Source: Eledone cirrhosa
Lineage: Eukaryota
Reading direction: 5' to 3'
Assembly (NCBI GenBank): GCA_964016885.1
Contig: OZ024747.1
Coordinates: 3,162,001 to 3,226,000 of the forward strand
DNA: 64,000 bases
The notes beneath the pieces are model-generated. The model searched no databases. It was not told the DNA's origin and saw only the letters and a program-made list of their open reading frames with translations. Position 1 is the stretch's first letter. Every line of letters starts with the position of its first letter. Shown in pieces: positions 13,340-26,506 of this stretch. A program made the translations under genes and the position numbers.

Positions 13340-15660
13340 ATGTGGTTGGCATTAGGAATGACATCAAGCCATAGAAACCAATCCCAAATCAGTTCTGTAT
13401 GAGCCAAACATGGTCATCATATATATGAACTTGTAATAAGAGGGTAATAGTCTCTGGACCTAGGTTGTAGTGGTGTTGTGGCTGCGCCCTGCAGACAAGA
13501 CAATAAAAGCATTTCCGCAGACAATGAAATATAGGTCTCATTTGTATGTATCAACTTGTAATTCCTGATGGAGTTGTAGAGGTGCCATAGTGACATACAT
13601 GGCTTGGACCTTTTTAAAATGTACAGCGTATCTCTCCCCAGGGCTGAATATAGTCGATTTTCTTCAAAAGAGAGAGGAAGTGAGAAAGAGATATAGAGGA
13701 TGAATCAACCACAGCAGAATTTTAATGCAGAGAACACAGATATATGGAACAAATACTACAAACCATTCTATCAGCAGTCCTCATTTACAAAATAACTCAG
13801 TTTTATTCTTCACTTTTATTTGTATCGTGTTTTAATTTCTAGTCCTAATCTAAATTTGTAGCAAATTTCTTGAACAATCTAATAATATATCAAATACCTA
13901 AACAGAATATTTAATGTTATATTTTGTACATATCTGAGAGCTCTTTAGTTGTAGAAGATAACTTTCTAGTTCACAAACCAGCTATTTATTTAGTGTTTAT
14001 AAGCTTCCATATTTTATTTTTTATGTTCACTTAATCTCAAAACCTTTCCACATTTCCTCATACAATTTAATGGCAAGTGTGTCTTCTTTATGGGAACAAT
14101 GACCGCATAACTGTGTTTTATATATATATACACACACACACATATGTGTGTGTTATATATTGAAAAAAAAAACTCATATACCTACAAAGTTTATTGTAAT
14201 ATATTTTGTTTTAGTCCTGAAATTTATAATATATTGGGATATTTTCCCATTTGTAGGTTTGCTGATGTTGATGCAGCATCCTGAATACCGTTAGTATGGA
14301 ATATAAAGAGCTGTGATGGTAACTAGTAAAACAGATTTGACAAAGTTTTGTCAAAAATTATTATATTGTCTCAAGTTAGCACTTTCCCTTGGACTTGCTT
14401 ATTACAAAACATCTTCAAAATTGACTCCTCAGAAATGGATTTAACAGTGGATCCCAGACTTTTTATGTAAGTAGAAACATATATTATTCCTTCTTCAAAC
14501 ATTGAAATAGATTTATGTAGAAATTTGTAAAAATCTGTATGAAAATTATTGTGTTTGGAATATTTCTTCAATATCAAATGAAAGATCTGAGTGAAATGTT
14601 TTGGCATTTTGTTGGGGTTTTATCAGGAAAATAGTCGATGGGGACTGTCCAGTTCAACTTGGTATTTTTATTTTATTCAATTCGTGAACCTGTTCGATTT
14701 ATTTTAAAATCATGAGAATATCCCTTTAAAGTGAGGAGAAACTTCACTATTGTTATAATTTTAATCTTGGCATAAAGCTGCTGATTTTTATTATTTTTCC
14801 AAAATGTAGTTTTTTTTATTACACACAAACACCTGTCTGCACACATGTGCACATATCAAACATATACCTGCACACATGTGCACATATATCAAACATATAC
14901 CTGCACACATGTGCCAGTATATCAAACGTATACCTGCACACATGTGCCAGTATATAAAATATATGCAAGCATGGAAAAATTGACATAAAATGATGATATT
15001 GAGGATATATACACAAACAGAGTGGCTATTATGGTAATATTTTCTATATTTATCTACTGTCAGTGGGTGGACATCGTTTTGTGATAAAATGTATTTTCAT
15101 TGTTTTTATGCAGACGTTTTTACATCGCCATTTTGTTTGTTCTATCTTCTCTACAATCATATATGAAGACAATCTGAATTTCTTAGTAACATTAGATGAA
15201 TCAAGAGTTATCTACCTTACTCAGGTGAAATAGAACATTGTAAAGTATTTTTTGACAGTGTTTTATGTGTTAAATATTCCAGCACATTAACTACGCAGCT
15301 CTTTGTACATGTTACACATACATACACATGCATACATACATGATGGCTGCCCCCTCGTTATCGAGTACGGCCATTTCACGATATACCATTATTAATAATA
15401 ATTAATTCTATCGAGCAATTCCTGTGCCTGAAGATTTTTTTCAAAGTGAGGAAAGACTGTGCACTGAGCCAATCCCACTCTCTGAGCAACAGTAGCTATA
15501 ACCCGAAAAGAAGAAAAGATCGACATCATCGGTAACTACTGAGCCGCAGGTTTTAGGTCAGAGTTATCCCAGTTTCCTGAGTTGCCTTCTCCTAGAAGAA
15601 TGCCCTGACAAAGGCTAGGGGTCCTTCACTCCCATACATACATACATGTGTGCTTGTTTT

Positions 15661-15711
<51 letters not shown>

Positions 15712-16319
15712 ATATATATATATATATACCTGTAGGTTGTTGATGGCTAAGAGAAAGGAGTACTCAATACTGCTGTAAAGTTTTAATATTCATTTATTAA
15801 AGCTGACTAGTGAGTCGTATTACTCTGGAGTTCACCTGTTTATGACAGTCATCAAACGAGTTGTATATATAATAATAACGAAATGATTGTGTACAGTGCT
15901 CAGGTGCACTACAACTCGTGTAATACACTCAGGTGCATGTATAGTACATAGAATAATGTACAAATACACACATACACATATATAGTAGAGAGTCATGACT
16001 GAGTGATGACCTGATGACTGAGCTCTTGCTGACAGCAAATTCAAAACAGCAAGAGCTCAGCTGTTGGGCCATAACTCATTAATATATTTACACTTTACTA
16101 TCACAAGTATCAATTATTCTGCTGAATAATGGTGTTACTAGTTAAAATCTGGTATAAACCGATATATATATATATTTATGTATATATATGTATATGTTTA
16201 TGTATATATATATTTATTTATTTATGTATATATATATTTATGTATATATATATATATATATATGTGAAGTAATTCCGTTGGAAAAGTCCAGGAAAAAAGA
16301 GTGCTCTATGTAGGTAACA

Positions 16320-16351
<32 letters not shown>

Positions 16352-16360
16352 ATGTATGTG

Positions 16361-16405
<45 letters not shown>

Positions 16406-16420
16406 ATGTATATATATATA

Positions 16421-16469
<49 letters not shown>

Positions 16470-16512
16470 ATGTATATATATATACTTATATATATGTGTG
16501 TGTGTGTGTATG

Positions 16513-16553
<41 letters not shown>

Positions 16554-16617
16554 ATGTATATATATATATATTTATATATATATATGTGTGTATATATATA
16601 TATTTATATATATAAAT

Positions 16618-16959
16618 GGAGGCACATGGCTTAGTGGTTAGAGCATTGGCCTTGCAATCGAAAGGTTGTGAGTTCAATTCTCAGACCGGGTGATGTGTTG
16701 TTTCCTTGAGCAAGACACTTTATTTCACATTGCTCCAGTTTACTCAGCTGTAGAAATGAGATGATAGGGACTGGGGTCCATATCATTCCACTGCAAAGTG
16801 GTCGTGGAGGTGCCATGGCAAAAAAGCACCCAGCACTCACTGTAAATGAGGTTGGTGTTAGGAAGAGCATCCAGCTGTAGAAATCAAGCCAGCATCAGTT
16901 CCCGTCCCACCCTTGCAAGCAGGGAAAAAGCGGACGTAAAATGAAATGATGATGATGAT
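16618..16959 (+). mobile_element. Full-length tRNA-derived SINE with RTE-related body and tail
   Basis: Pol III A box TGGCTTAGTGG, B box GTTCAATTC; central TCCTTGAGCAAGACACTT box; tail matching RTE subfamily A end plus (GAT)n; four copies in the window. Confidence 0.9.
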
Positions 16960-16988
16960 ATATATATGTGTGTGTGTATGTATATATT

Positions 16989-17019
<31 letters not shown>

Positions 17020-18039
17020 ATGTATATATATATGTGTGTGTGTGTGTGTATTTTGACGTCAAAATGATGAAAGGCAAAGTTGACCTCGGCAGGATTTTAA
17101 CTTAGAGAGCAGAAAGTCGAAATGAATAACACAAAGCATTATATTCGATATTCTAATGACTCCTTCACCACCTTCCGAAACTCTTTATTGTTCATCAACT
17201 ATTATACTTTCTTCCTATAAAGAAGTCACTGAGTTATATAATAATATTTCTTCATACCCATAAGATGTAAAGATTTAGTGTGAAATGGAGTAGAATCAAG
17301 ATCTTTAGTGTAATCATTATACAGGGTGTAGCAAAGAGAATCATTTATTTATAATTGTTAGATATGCTCACTATGTAAATAACATAGAAATTATAAACAA
17401 GAATAAAACGTAATATTCAGATAAGTATTGGACAATTTACTGTATAATTATTTGGTAATATAGCCTTAATATAGCCTTGTTGATACACCCTATATATTGT
17501 ATAATATATAGTTTATTGGCAGTATAGGTAGTGTTGGGCAACATGTTTTGTGGCACAGTTACGTCCCTTTACATTCTGTGTTCAAATTCTGTTGAGTTTA
17601 GCTTCACCTTTCATCCTTATGGGGTCAATAAATTAAGTACCTGTAAGACACTCAGGTTGTTGAAACTGACTTTACCCTTCCCTTCAAATTATTGATCTTG
17701 TGCCTAAATCTGAAACTATGGTATATTGTATCTATTAATTTTCTTTTGTTAACTACGGTCACTCAGTATGCTATTATTTTTGGCAATAAGTAGATGTGCA
17801 CAACATCAGGGCCTGGTTGTTTATACAGGTTTAATATCTTGAATTTATTAAGTAGCATTATTCTAGACATGTTAACATTAAGTTAGAGTCATCCTTTATA
17901 AATATATTGATTATAGCTATAGACCTTAATTCTAATTCTAAAAAAAATACTGTTGAAACTCTCCTTCAGGGCAAGTTATTAAAGTAGCTTTTAGCTTGTC
18001 AGTTAGGTCAAGGAGTGGAAACAGAAATCTGATTTTCAA

Positions 18040-19680
18040 ACAACATAGTACTACTCCCACTGTTGACAACAAAAGGTTCCTCCCAACGTAGAAAAAGATT
18101 GTATGATGCATGCATGTGAAGTGTGATGCTGCATGGTAGTGAAACATGGGCAGTGACTGTAGAAGACATGTGATGCTACGTGGTAGTGAAACATGGGCTG
18201 TGACTGCAGAGGACATGTGGTACTGCATGGTAGTGAAACATTGGCAGTGACTGTATAAGACATGTGATGCTACATGGTAGTGAAACATGGGCAGTGACTG
18301 TAGAAGACATGTGATGCTACATGGTAGTGAAACATGGGCAGTGACTGTAGAAGATATGTGATGCTACATGGTAGTGAAACATGGGCAGTGACTGTATAAG
18401 ACATGTGATGCTGCATGGTAGTGAAACATGGGCAGTGACTGTATAAGACATGTGATGCTGCATGGTAGTGAAACATGGGCAGTGACTGTATGACATGTGG
18501 TGCTGCATGGTAGTGAAACATGGGCAGTGACTGTAGAAGACATGTGATGCTACATGGTAGTGAAACATGGGCAGTGACTGTAGAAGACATGTGACGCTGC
18601 ATGGTAGTGAAACATGGGCAGTGACTGTAGAAGACATGTGATGCTACATGGTAGTGAAACATGGGCAGTGACTGTAGAAGACATGTGATGCTACATGGTA
18701 GTGAAACATAGGCAGTGACTGTAGAAGACATGTGATGATACATGGTAGTGAAACATGGGCAGTGACTGTAGAAGACATGTGGTACTGCATGGTAGTGAAA
18801 CATGGGCTGTGACTGCAGAGGACATGTGGTACTGCATGGTAGTGAAACATGGGCAGTGACTGTAGAAGACATGTGATGCTGCATGGTAGTGAAACATGGG
18901 CAGTGACTGTATAAGACATGTGGTGCTGCATGGTAGTGAAACATGGGCAGTCACTGTAGAAGACATGTGATGCTACATGGTAGTGAAACATGGGCAGTGA
19001 CTGTAGAAGACATGTGACGCTGCATGGTAGTGAAACATGGGCAGTGACTGTAGAAGACATGTGATGCTACATGGTAGTGAAACATGGGCAGTGACTGTAG
19101 AAGACATGTGATGCTACATGGTAGTGAAACATGGGCAGTGACTGTAGAAGACATGTGATGCTACATGGTAGTGAAACATGGGCAGTGACTGTAGAAGACA
19201 TGTGGTACTGCATGGTAGTGAAACATGGGCTGTGACTGCAGAGGACATGTGGTACTGCATGGTAGTGAAACATGGGCAGTGACTGTAGAAGACATGTGGT
19301 GCTGCATGGTAGTGAAACATGGGCAGTGACTGTAGAAGACATGTGGTGCTGCATGGTAGTGAAACATGGGCAGTGACTGTAGAAGACATGTGATGTTGCA
19401 TGGTAGTGAAACATGGGCAGTGACTGCAGAAGACATGTGCTGCTACATGGTAGTGAAACATGGGCTGTGACTGCAGAGGACATGTGGTGCTACATGGTGG
19501 TGAAACATGGGCAGTGACTGTAGAAGACATGCAGAGACTGGAGAGAAATGAAGCAACCATGCTTCATTGGAGGTGTAACATAAATGTGAGAGAAAGACAG
19601 AGCATGGATGATCTGAGAGAGAAGCTGGGTTTAAAAGAAATCCAAGGTGGTGTGCAGGAGAGAAGATTGCATTGGTACTC
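18040..19680 (+). mobile_element. Decayed RTE C-terminal fragment hosting a 47-bp tandem array
   Basis: Left flank encodes LLPLLTTKG...RLYDAC; right flank continues EDMQRLERNEATMLHWRCNINVRERQS...ERRLHWY. Confidence 0.88.
18122..19531 (+). repeat. 47-bp minisatellite, ~30 copies, derived from RTE coding sequence
   Basis: Unit GTGATGCTGCATGGTAGTGAAACATGGGCAGTGACTGTAGAAGACAT encodes [15 protein letters not shown]. Confidence 0.95.
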
Positions 19681-20027
19681 AAATCATTGAAACTCACAGA
19701 GGAGATTTCAAAGAAATATGGTGAGTAGAAAGATGCTGTGCTGAGTAGAACTTGTTTAACCCATACTTGTTTAACCCATCCTTGAAAAACGGATGTAAAA
19801 TACAGAAGTGTTTCGCTTAGGGTATTCTTTTACATTTCCCACATTTCCCCGAGCTGACATAATTGCATGATGAAGACAAATCTGATTCTTGAAACGTTGA
19901 ACATTATAACTATTTAAATTGTTATATCACTAACAATTTAAAATATATATACATGAAATAAATACCTGAAATAAAGCTCCTTGTTGTACAGCCGACTATG
20001 TTACTCTTCAATCTTTCACTATATATA

Positions 20028-20361
20028 TCATCATCATCATTTCATTTTACATCTGCTTTTCCCTGCTTGCAAAGGTGGGACGGGAACTGATTCTGGCTTG
20101 ATTTCTACAGCTGGATGCCCTTCCTAACACCAACCTCATTTACAGTGTGGGCTGGGTGCTTTTTTGCCGTGGCACCTCTATGACCACTTTGCAGTGGAAT
20201 GATAGGGACTCCAGTCCTATCATCTCATTTCTACTGCTGAGTAAACTGGAGCAATGTGAAATAAAGTGTCTTGCTCAAGGAAACAACACATCACCCGGTC
20301 TGAGAATTAAACTTACAACCCTTCGATTGCAAGGCAAATGCTCAAACCACTAAACCATGTG

Positions 20362-20364
<3 letters not shown>
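20028..20364 (-). mobile_element. Same SINE family, near full length
   Basis: Reverse complement of 16618-16959; TA-repeat flanks. Confidence 0.9.
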
Positions 20365-20391
<27 letters not shown>

Positions 20392-20398
<7 letters not shown>

Positions 20399-20817
20399 AA
20401 GTTAAATAAAAGTCAAATGATTAAAATTTAGCTTCGTTTATTACTGCTATATATATTTCAGTGACAGCCATCTTTGGCTGTGACCTCTTCAGGCAGTTTG
20501 AATTAGTATGGTATAGACAAGTACATATGTTGTTCAGGTGTATGATATTGTCAATACTCTGATATGCCCAGTTCCTTGCTGGGTTGTTAATTCACTGGGG
20601 AACTGGAGTCATAGTGAATTAACAACCCAGCAAGGAACTGGGCATATCAGAGTATTGACAATATCATACACCTAAACAACATATGTACTTGTCTATACCA
20701 TACTAATTCAAACTGCCTGAAGAGGTCACAGCCAAAGATGGCTGTCACTGAAATATATATAGCAGTAATAAACGAAGCTAAATTTTAATCATTTGACTTT
20801 TATTTAACTTTATTTTA
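20392..20817. repeat. Foldback: 205-bp inverted arms, 16-bp spacer (Penelope-like pLTR derivative)
   Basis: 20392-20596 is the reverse complement of 20613-20817 with one mismatch seen; the + strand element continues unpaired to ~20915; (TA)n on both sides. Confidence 0.93.
20712..20766 (+). ncRNA. Type I minimal hammerhead ribozyme (mirror copy 20443-20497, minus)
   Basis: ACUGC-CUGAAGA-GGUCACAGCC AAAGAU GGCUGUCACU-GAAA-UAUAUA-UA-GCAGU: perfect 5-bp stem I, long stem II, intact core. Confidence 0.85.
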
Positions 20818-21013
20818 CACTACTCCGGAGTAACCAAACCAACCTGCGCACTTCGTCGAGTGCTCCAGCCTGCATACTGAGGTGTTGGTATACAACCAAC
20901 ATAAACTCTAAATCTATATATATATATATATAGTTATACTTTGGGAGGGTCATGTTGCCAATAAGAAACACACGCACTCGTTGCTTTCACTCCAATTTAT
21001 TATAAGGTAAATT

Positions 21014-21054
<41 letters not shown>

Positions 21055-21131
21055 ATTGCTCAATGGATAATACTATACAAAATATTACAATTACTTTGTC
21101 CTTTTGTCCTTTCCTATATCTATATCTATAT

Positions 21132-21164
<33 letters not shown>

Positions 21165-21363
21165 AATATGAGAAAAATGGAGCGCTGCATGGTTGCACAT
21201 GGGTTACATATGAATAAAAATTAGTCCTTCATCAGTGATCTTCCAGCCTTCATTGGTATTTCATCGCTTTAAAGACCATATACCTCTAGTTGGTGCGAGC
21301 AATAACAAATAAAGTTATTGGGACAAGTAAAATAGGGTGAAACGAGCGAGACATGTAAACAAT

Positions 21364-24300
21364 GGTATGGTATAACACTATATATATTGGTGGTATGGTA
21401 TAACACTATATATATTGGTGGTATCGTATAACACTATATATATTGGTGGTATGGTATAACACTATATATATATTGGTGGTATGGTATAACACTATATATA
21501 TTGGTGGTATCGTATAACACTATATATATTGGTGGTATGGTATAACACTATATATATTGGTGGTATGGTATAACACTATATATATTGGTGGTATGGTATA
21601 ACACTATATATATTGGTGGTATGGTATAACACTATATATATTGGTGGTATGGTATAACACTATATATATTGGTGGTATGGTATAACACTATATATATTGG
21701 TGGTATGGTATAACACTATATATATTGGTGGTATGGTATAACACTATATATATTGGTGGTATGGTATAACACTATATATATATTGGTGGTATGGTATAAC
21801 ACTATATATATATTGGTGGTATGGTATAACACTATATATATTGGTGGTATGGTATAACACTATATATATTGGTGGTATGGTATAACACTATATATATTGG
21901 TGGTATGGTATAACACTATATATATTGGTGGTATGGTATAACACTATATATATGTGTGGCATGGTATAACACTATATATATTGGTGGTATGGTATAACAC
22001 TATATATATATTGGTGGTATGGTATAACACTATATATATATTGGTGGTATGGTATAACACTATATATATATTGGTGGTATGGTATAACACTATATATATA
22101 TTGGTGGTATGGTATAACACTATATATATTGGTGGTATGGTATAACACTATATATATTGGTTGTATGGTATAACACTATATATATTGGTGGTATGGTATA
22201 ACACTCTATATATATTGGTGGTATGGTATAACACTATATATATTGGTGGTATGGTATAACACTATATATATTGGTTGTATGGTATAACACTATATATATG
22301 TGTGGTATGGTATAACACTATATATATATTGGTGGTATGGTATAACACTATATATATATATTGGTGGTATGGTATAACACTATATATATTGGTGGTATGG
22401 TATAACACTATATATATTGGTGGTATGGTATAACACTATATATATATTGGTGGTATGGTATAACACTATATATATTGGTGGTATCGTATAACACTCTATA
22501 TATTGGTGGTATCGTATAACACTCTATATATTGGTGGTATGGTATAACACTATATATATTGGTGGTATGGTATAACACTATATATATTGGTGGTATGGTA
22601 TAACACTATATATATTGGTGGTATGGTATAACACTATATATATTGGTGGTATGGTATAACACTATATATATATTGGTGGTATGGTATAACACTATATATA
22701 TATTGGTGGTATGGTATAACACTATATATATATTGGTGGTATGGTATAACACTATATATATATTGGTGGTATGGTATAACACTATATATATATTGGTGGT
22801 ATGGTATAACACTATATATATATTGGTGGTATCGTATAACACTCTATATATTGGTGGTATAGTATAACACTCTATATATTGGTGGTATGATATAACACTC
22901 TATATATTGGTGGTATGGTATAACACTATATATATTGGTGGTATGGTATAACACTATATATATTGGTGGTATGGTATAACACTATATATATTGGTGGTAT
23001 GGTATAACACTATATATATTGGTGGTATGGTATAACACTATATATATTGGTGGTATGGTATAACACTATATATATTGGTGGTATGGTATAACACTATATA
23101 TATATTGGTGGTATGGTATAACACTATATATATTGGTGGTATGGTATAATGCTATATATATTGGTGGTATGGCATAACACTATATATATATTGGTGGTAT
23201 GGTATAACACTATATATATATTGGTGGTATGGTATAACATTATATATATATTGGTGGTATGGTATAACACTATATATATATTGGTGGTATGGTATAACAC
23301 TATATATATTGGTGGTATGGTATAACACTATATATATTGGTGGTATGGTATAACACTATATATATTGGTGGTATGGTATAACACTATATATATTGGTGGT
23401 ATGGTATAACACTATATATATTGGTGGTATGGTATAACACTATATATATTGGTGGTATGGTATAACACTATATATATTGGTGGTATGGTATAACACTATA
23501 TATATTGGTGGTATGGTATAACATTATATATATATTGGTGGTATGGTATAGCACTATTTATATTGGTGGATGGTATAGCACTATATATATTGGTGGTATG
23601 GTATAACACTATATATATTGGTGGTATGGTATAACACTATATATATTGGTGGTATGGTATAACACTATATATATTGGTGGTATGGTATAACACTATATAT
23701 ATTGGTTGTATGGTATAACACTATATATATTGGTTGTATGGTATAACACTCTATATATTGGTGGTATGGTATAACACTCTATATATTGGTGGTAAAGTAT
23801 AACACTATATATATTGGTGGTATGGTATAACACTATATATATTGGTTGTATGGTATAACACTATATATATTGGTGGTATGGTATAACACTATATATATTG
23901 GTGGTATGGTATAACACTATATATATTGGTGGTATGGTATAACACTATATATATTGGTTGTATGGTATAACACTATATATATTGGTGGTATGGTATAACA
24001 CTATATATATTGGTGGTATGGTATATCACTATATATATTGGTGGTATGGTATAACACTATATATATTGGTGGTATGGTATAACACTATATATATTGGTGG
24101 TATGGTATAACACTATATAAATTGGTTGTATGGTATAACACTATATAGATTGGTGGTATGGTATAACACTATATATATTGGTGGTATGGTATAACACTAT
24201 ATATATTGGTGGTATGGTATAACACTATATATATTGGTGGTATGGTATAACACTATATATATATTGGTGGTATGGTATAACACTCTATATAATGATGGTA

Positions 24301-24530
24301 TGCTATAACACTATATATATTGGTGGTATGGTATAACACTATATATATTGGTGGTATGGTATAACACTATATATATTGGTGGCATGGTATAACACTATAT
24401 ATATTGGTGGTATGGTATAACACTATATATATTGGTGGTATGGTATAACACTATATATATTGGTGGTATGGTATAACACTAGATATATTGGTGGTATGGT
24501 ATAGCACTCTATATATTGGTGGTATGGTAT
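21364..24530. repeat. 28/30-bp minisatellite, ~110 copies
   Basis: Unit TTGGTGGTATGGTATAACAC(TA)4-5. Confidence 0.96.
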
Positions 24531-25915
24531 ATACAATATGGTGCTGTCTGAGTATGCCTGGCAGTATTAACATTGTATATATGTCTGGTTTGTCAGTGTA
24601 TGTATCAAATATAAAAGAAATTATTAGTGACATATATATCCATTATGTATCTATTAATTATAAAAAACGAAACTCAACTTCAGGGTTCTCAAATGAAGTT
24701 AAAATAAACAAAGAAGCTGTTAAAATTCTCATAGCAACCACACTATAATATAAGAAATGCGTTTGTATATGCACTGATGTGTGTGTGTTTCCATTTCTAC
24801 GTGTTTATTGTTTATTAATGTATTAAATTATTTTTTGTATGTATAAAGTGTTTAAGTGTATGTGAGTGTTTCCATGAGGGTGTGGGGATAAGGGAGAGTA
24901 CTGGATGCAATGAGAACTAAATTAAAAGATGAGGGATGGTCCATTAAGGCCATAGGGCAGTTGTACTTAGGAGAAAAATAAGCCACTGTTCCCTCTAACC
25001 AAGTGAATATGTTTCACCAACGAGATCTATTAAGATGGAAGCATGCCTGTTGCTTTAGTCAACACAAAACAATGTCTATTACCACTGCACAGCATAGTTA
25101 CGTCCCTTTACGATCTGAGTTCAAATCCCGCCGAGGTTGACTTTGCCTTTCATCCTTACGGGGTCGATAAAATAAAGTACCAGTAATGCACTGGGTAATT
25201 GCTGGCCTTGTGCCTAAAGTAGAAACAATTATCTAAAGATGTTCCCCAAAATTTTGGTCAACTCAGAATATAGCTAATCTCAGGGGGATTTGAACTGAGA
25301 ACTAAATATTGCAAAGCATTTTGTCCGATGCTCTACTGATTCTGCCATTCCACTGCACCTTAAACACTAACTTTATGATGAGAGATGATGTTATATTACT
25401 AAATTCCTCAACCTCATTCAGAGTCTTTCATTAGAAATATGTTAATAATAGAGATAATTATCTCTTTGGCTCACTGCATTTCATCTCATACTCAGCTTTT
25501 CTCTCAATTCACATGTGCTCCTTCATTCAGTTACACTAACATTACACATCCAATGGAGCATGAATACTTCATTTTTTTAGCCATCTTTCACATAAAGTCC
25601 ACATCTCACTAACTATGGTTGTGTGTGTGTATATATTTATATATATATCGAGTACACTCTGAAATGTAATAGTGCAGCTGCTATGATTAAATGCACCCTG
25701 TGCACTCTGTAAAGTGGTTGGTGCTAAGAAAGACAGCCAACTGTAGAAATCCTGCCAAGTATGGAATGTATGAGCAAGGAATAATTCTCTGACCTCTTTA
25801 ATATATCTATATATATTTATATATAGATATGATTATTGTTTTTACCTCTGTTTTCCATGCTTGCATATGTATACATATATATGTATATATATATATATAT
25901 ATATAAATGTATGTA

Positions 25916-26506
25916 TATAAAATTGATGGTAGTTACGGAGTAGGTAGACCCAGAAAAACCTGGGACGATCTGATAAATTCCAACCTTACACACTTGCACC
26001 TCTCTAAGACAATGTCACTGGACCGAGACCTTTGGCGCTACGCAGTAATACAAAAGACCCACCTTGCCTATGTACAAAGAGAACCCTACAGTCAGTAGGC
26101 ACCTCTTAACCAAATATACACCCCAATCCACTACCCCTACCCTATCCTCCCACTCCCACCAACACCACCCTCTCTCTGTAAAGTTGGTGCCACAACATCC
26201 AGTCCAAATAAATGAGATAATGATGTCTTAAGAAAACCTTTAGTTTTTCTCAGGGCAACTGAGATCGACAAAAAAACAGAGTCCACGCTGTAATGTAGTC
26301 GTGTAGGTAACACGGTAAAAAGTTCCCAGTTCCACACTGTAAATGTGGTTGGTGTTAGGAAGGGCATCCAGCCATAGAAAGCCTGCCAGATAGTCCTATA
26401 TGAGCGAGACACGGTCACCCAACCAACCTTGCCTCATTAGGAACAACTCCCATCTAACCCATGCTAGCGTGGAAGATGGACGTTAAACGAAGATGATGAT
26501 GATGAT
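25916..26506 (+). mobile_element. RTE subfamily C-like 3' fragment
   Basis: KIDGSYGVGRPRKTWDDL, 3' UTR module GGTTGGTGTTAGGAAGGGCATCCAGC, (GAT)n tail, TA-rich flanks. Confidence 0.88.

Noticed and set aside
16618-16690. tRNA gene
   Set aside because: A and B boxes are present, but there is no acceptor/anticodon stem pairing and it continues into a SINE body in several copies.
1525-24530. CRISPR-like appearance of the 28-48 bp arrays
   Set aside because: Units are head-to-tail with no unique spacers, there are no cas genes, and the context is eukaryotic.
21364-24530. Telomere-like G-rich strand bias
   Set aside because: The unit is 28-30 bp with GG doublets only, not TTAGGG; the array is interstitial.
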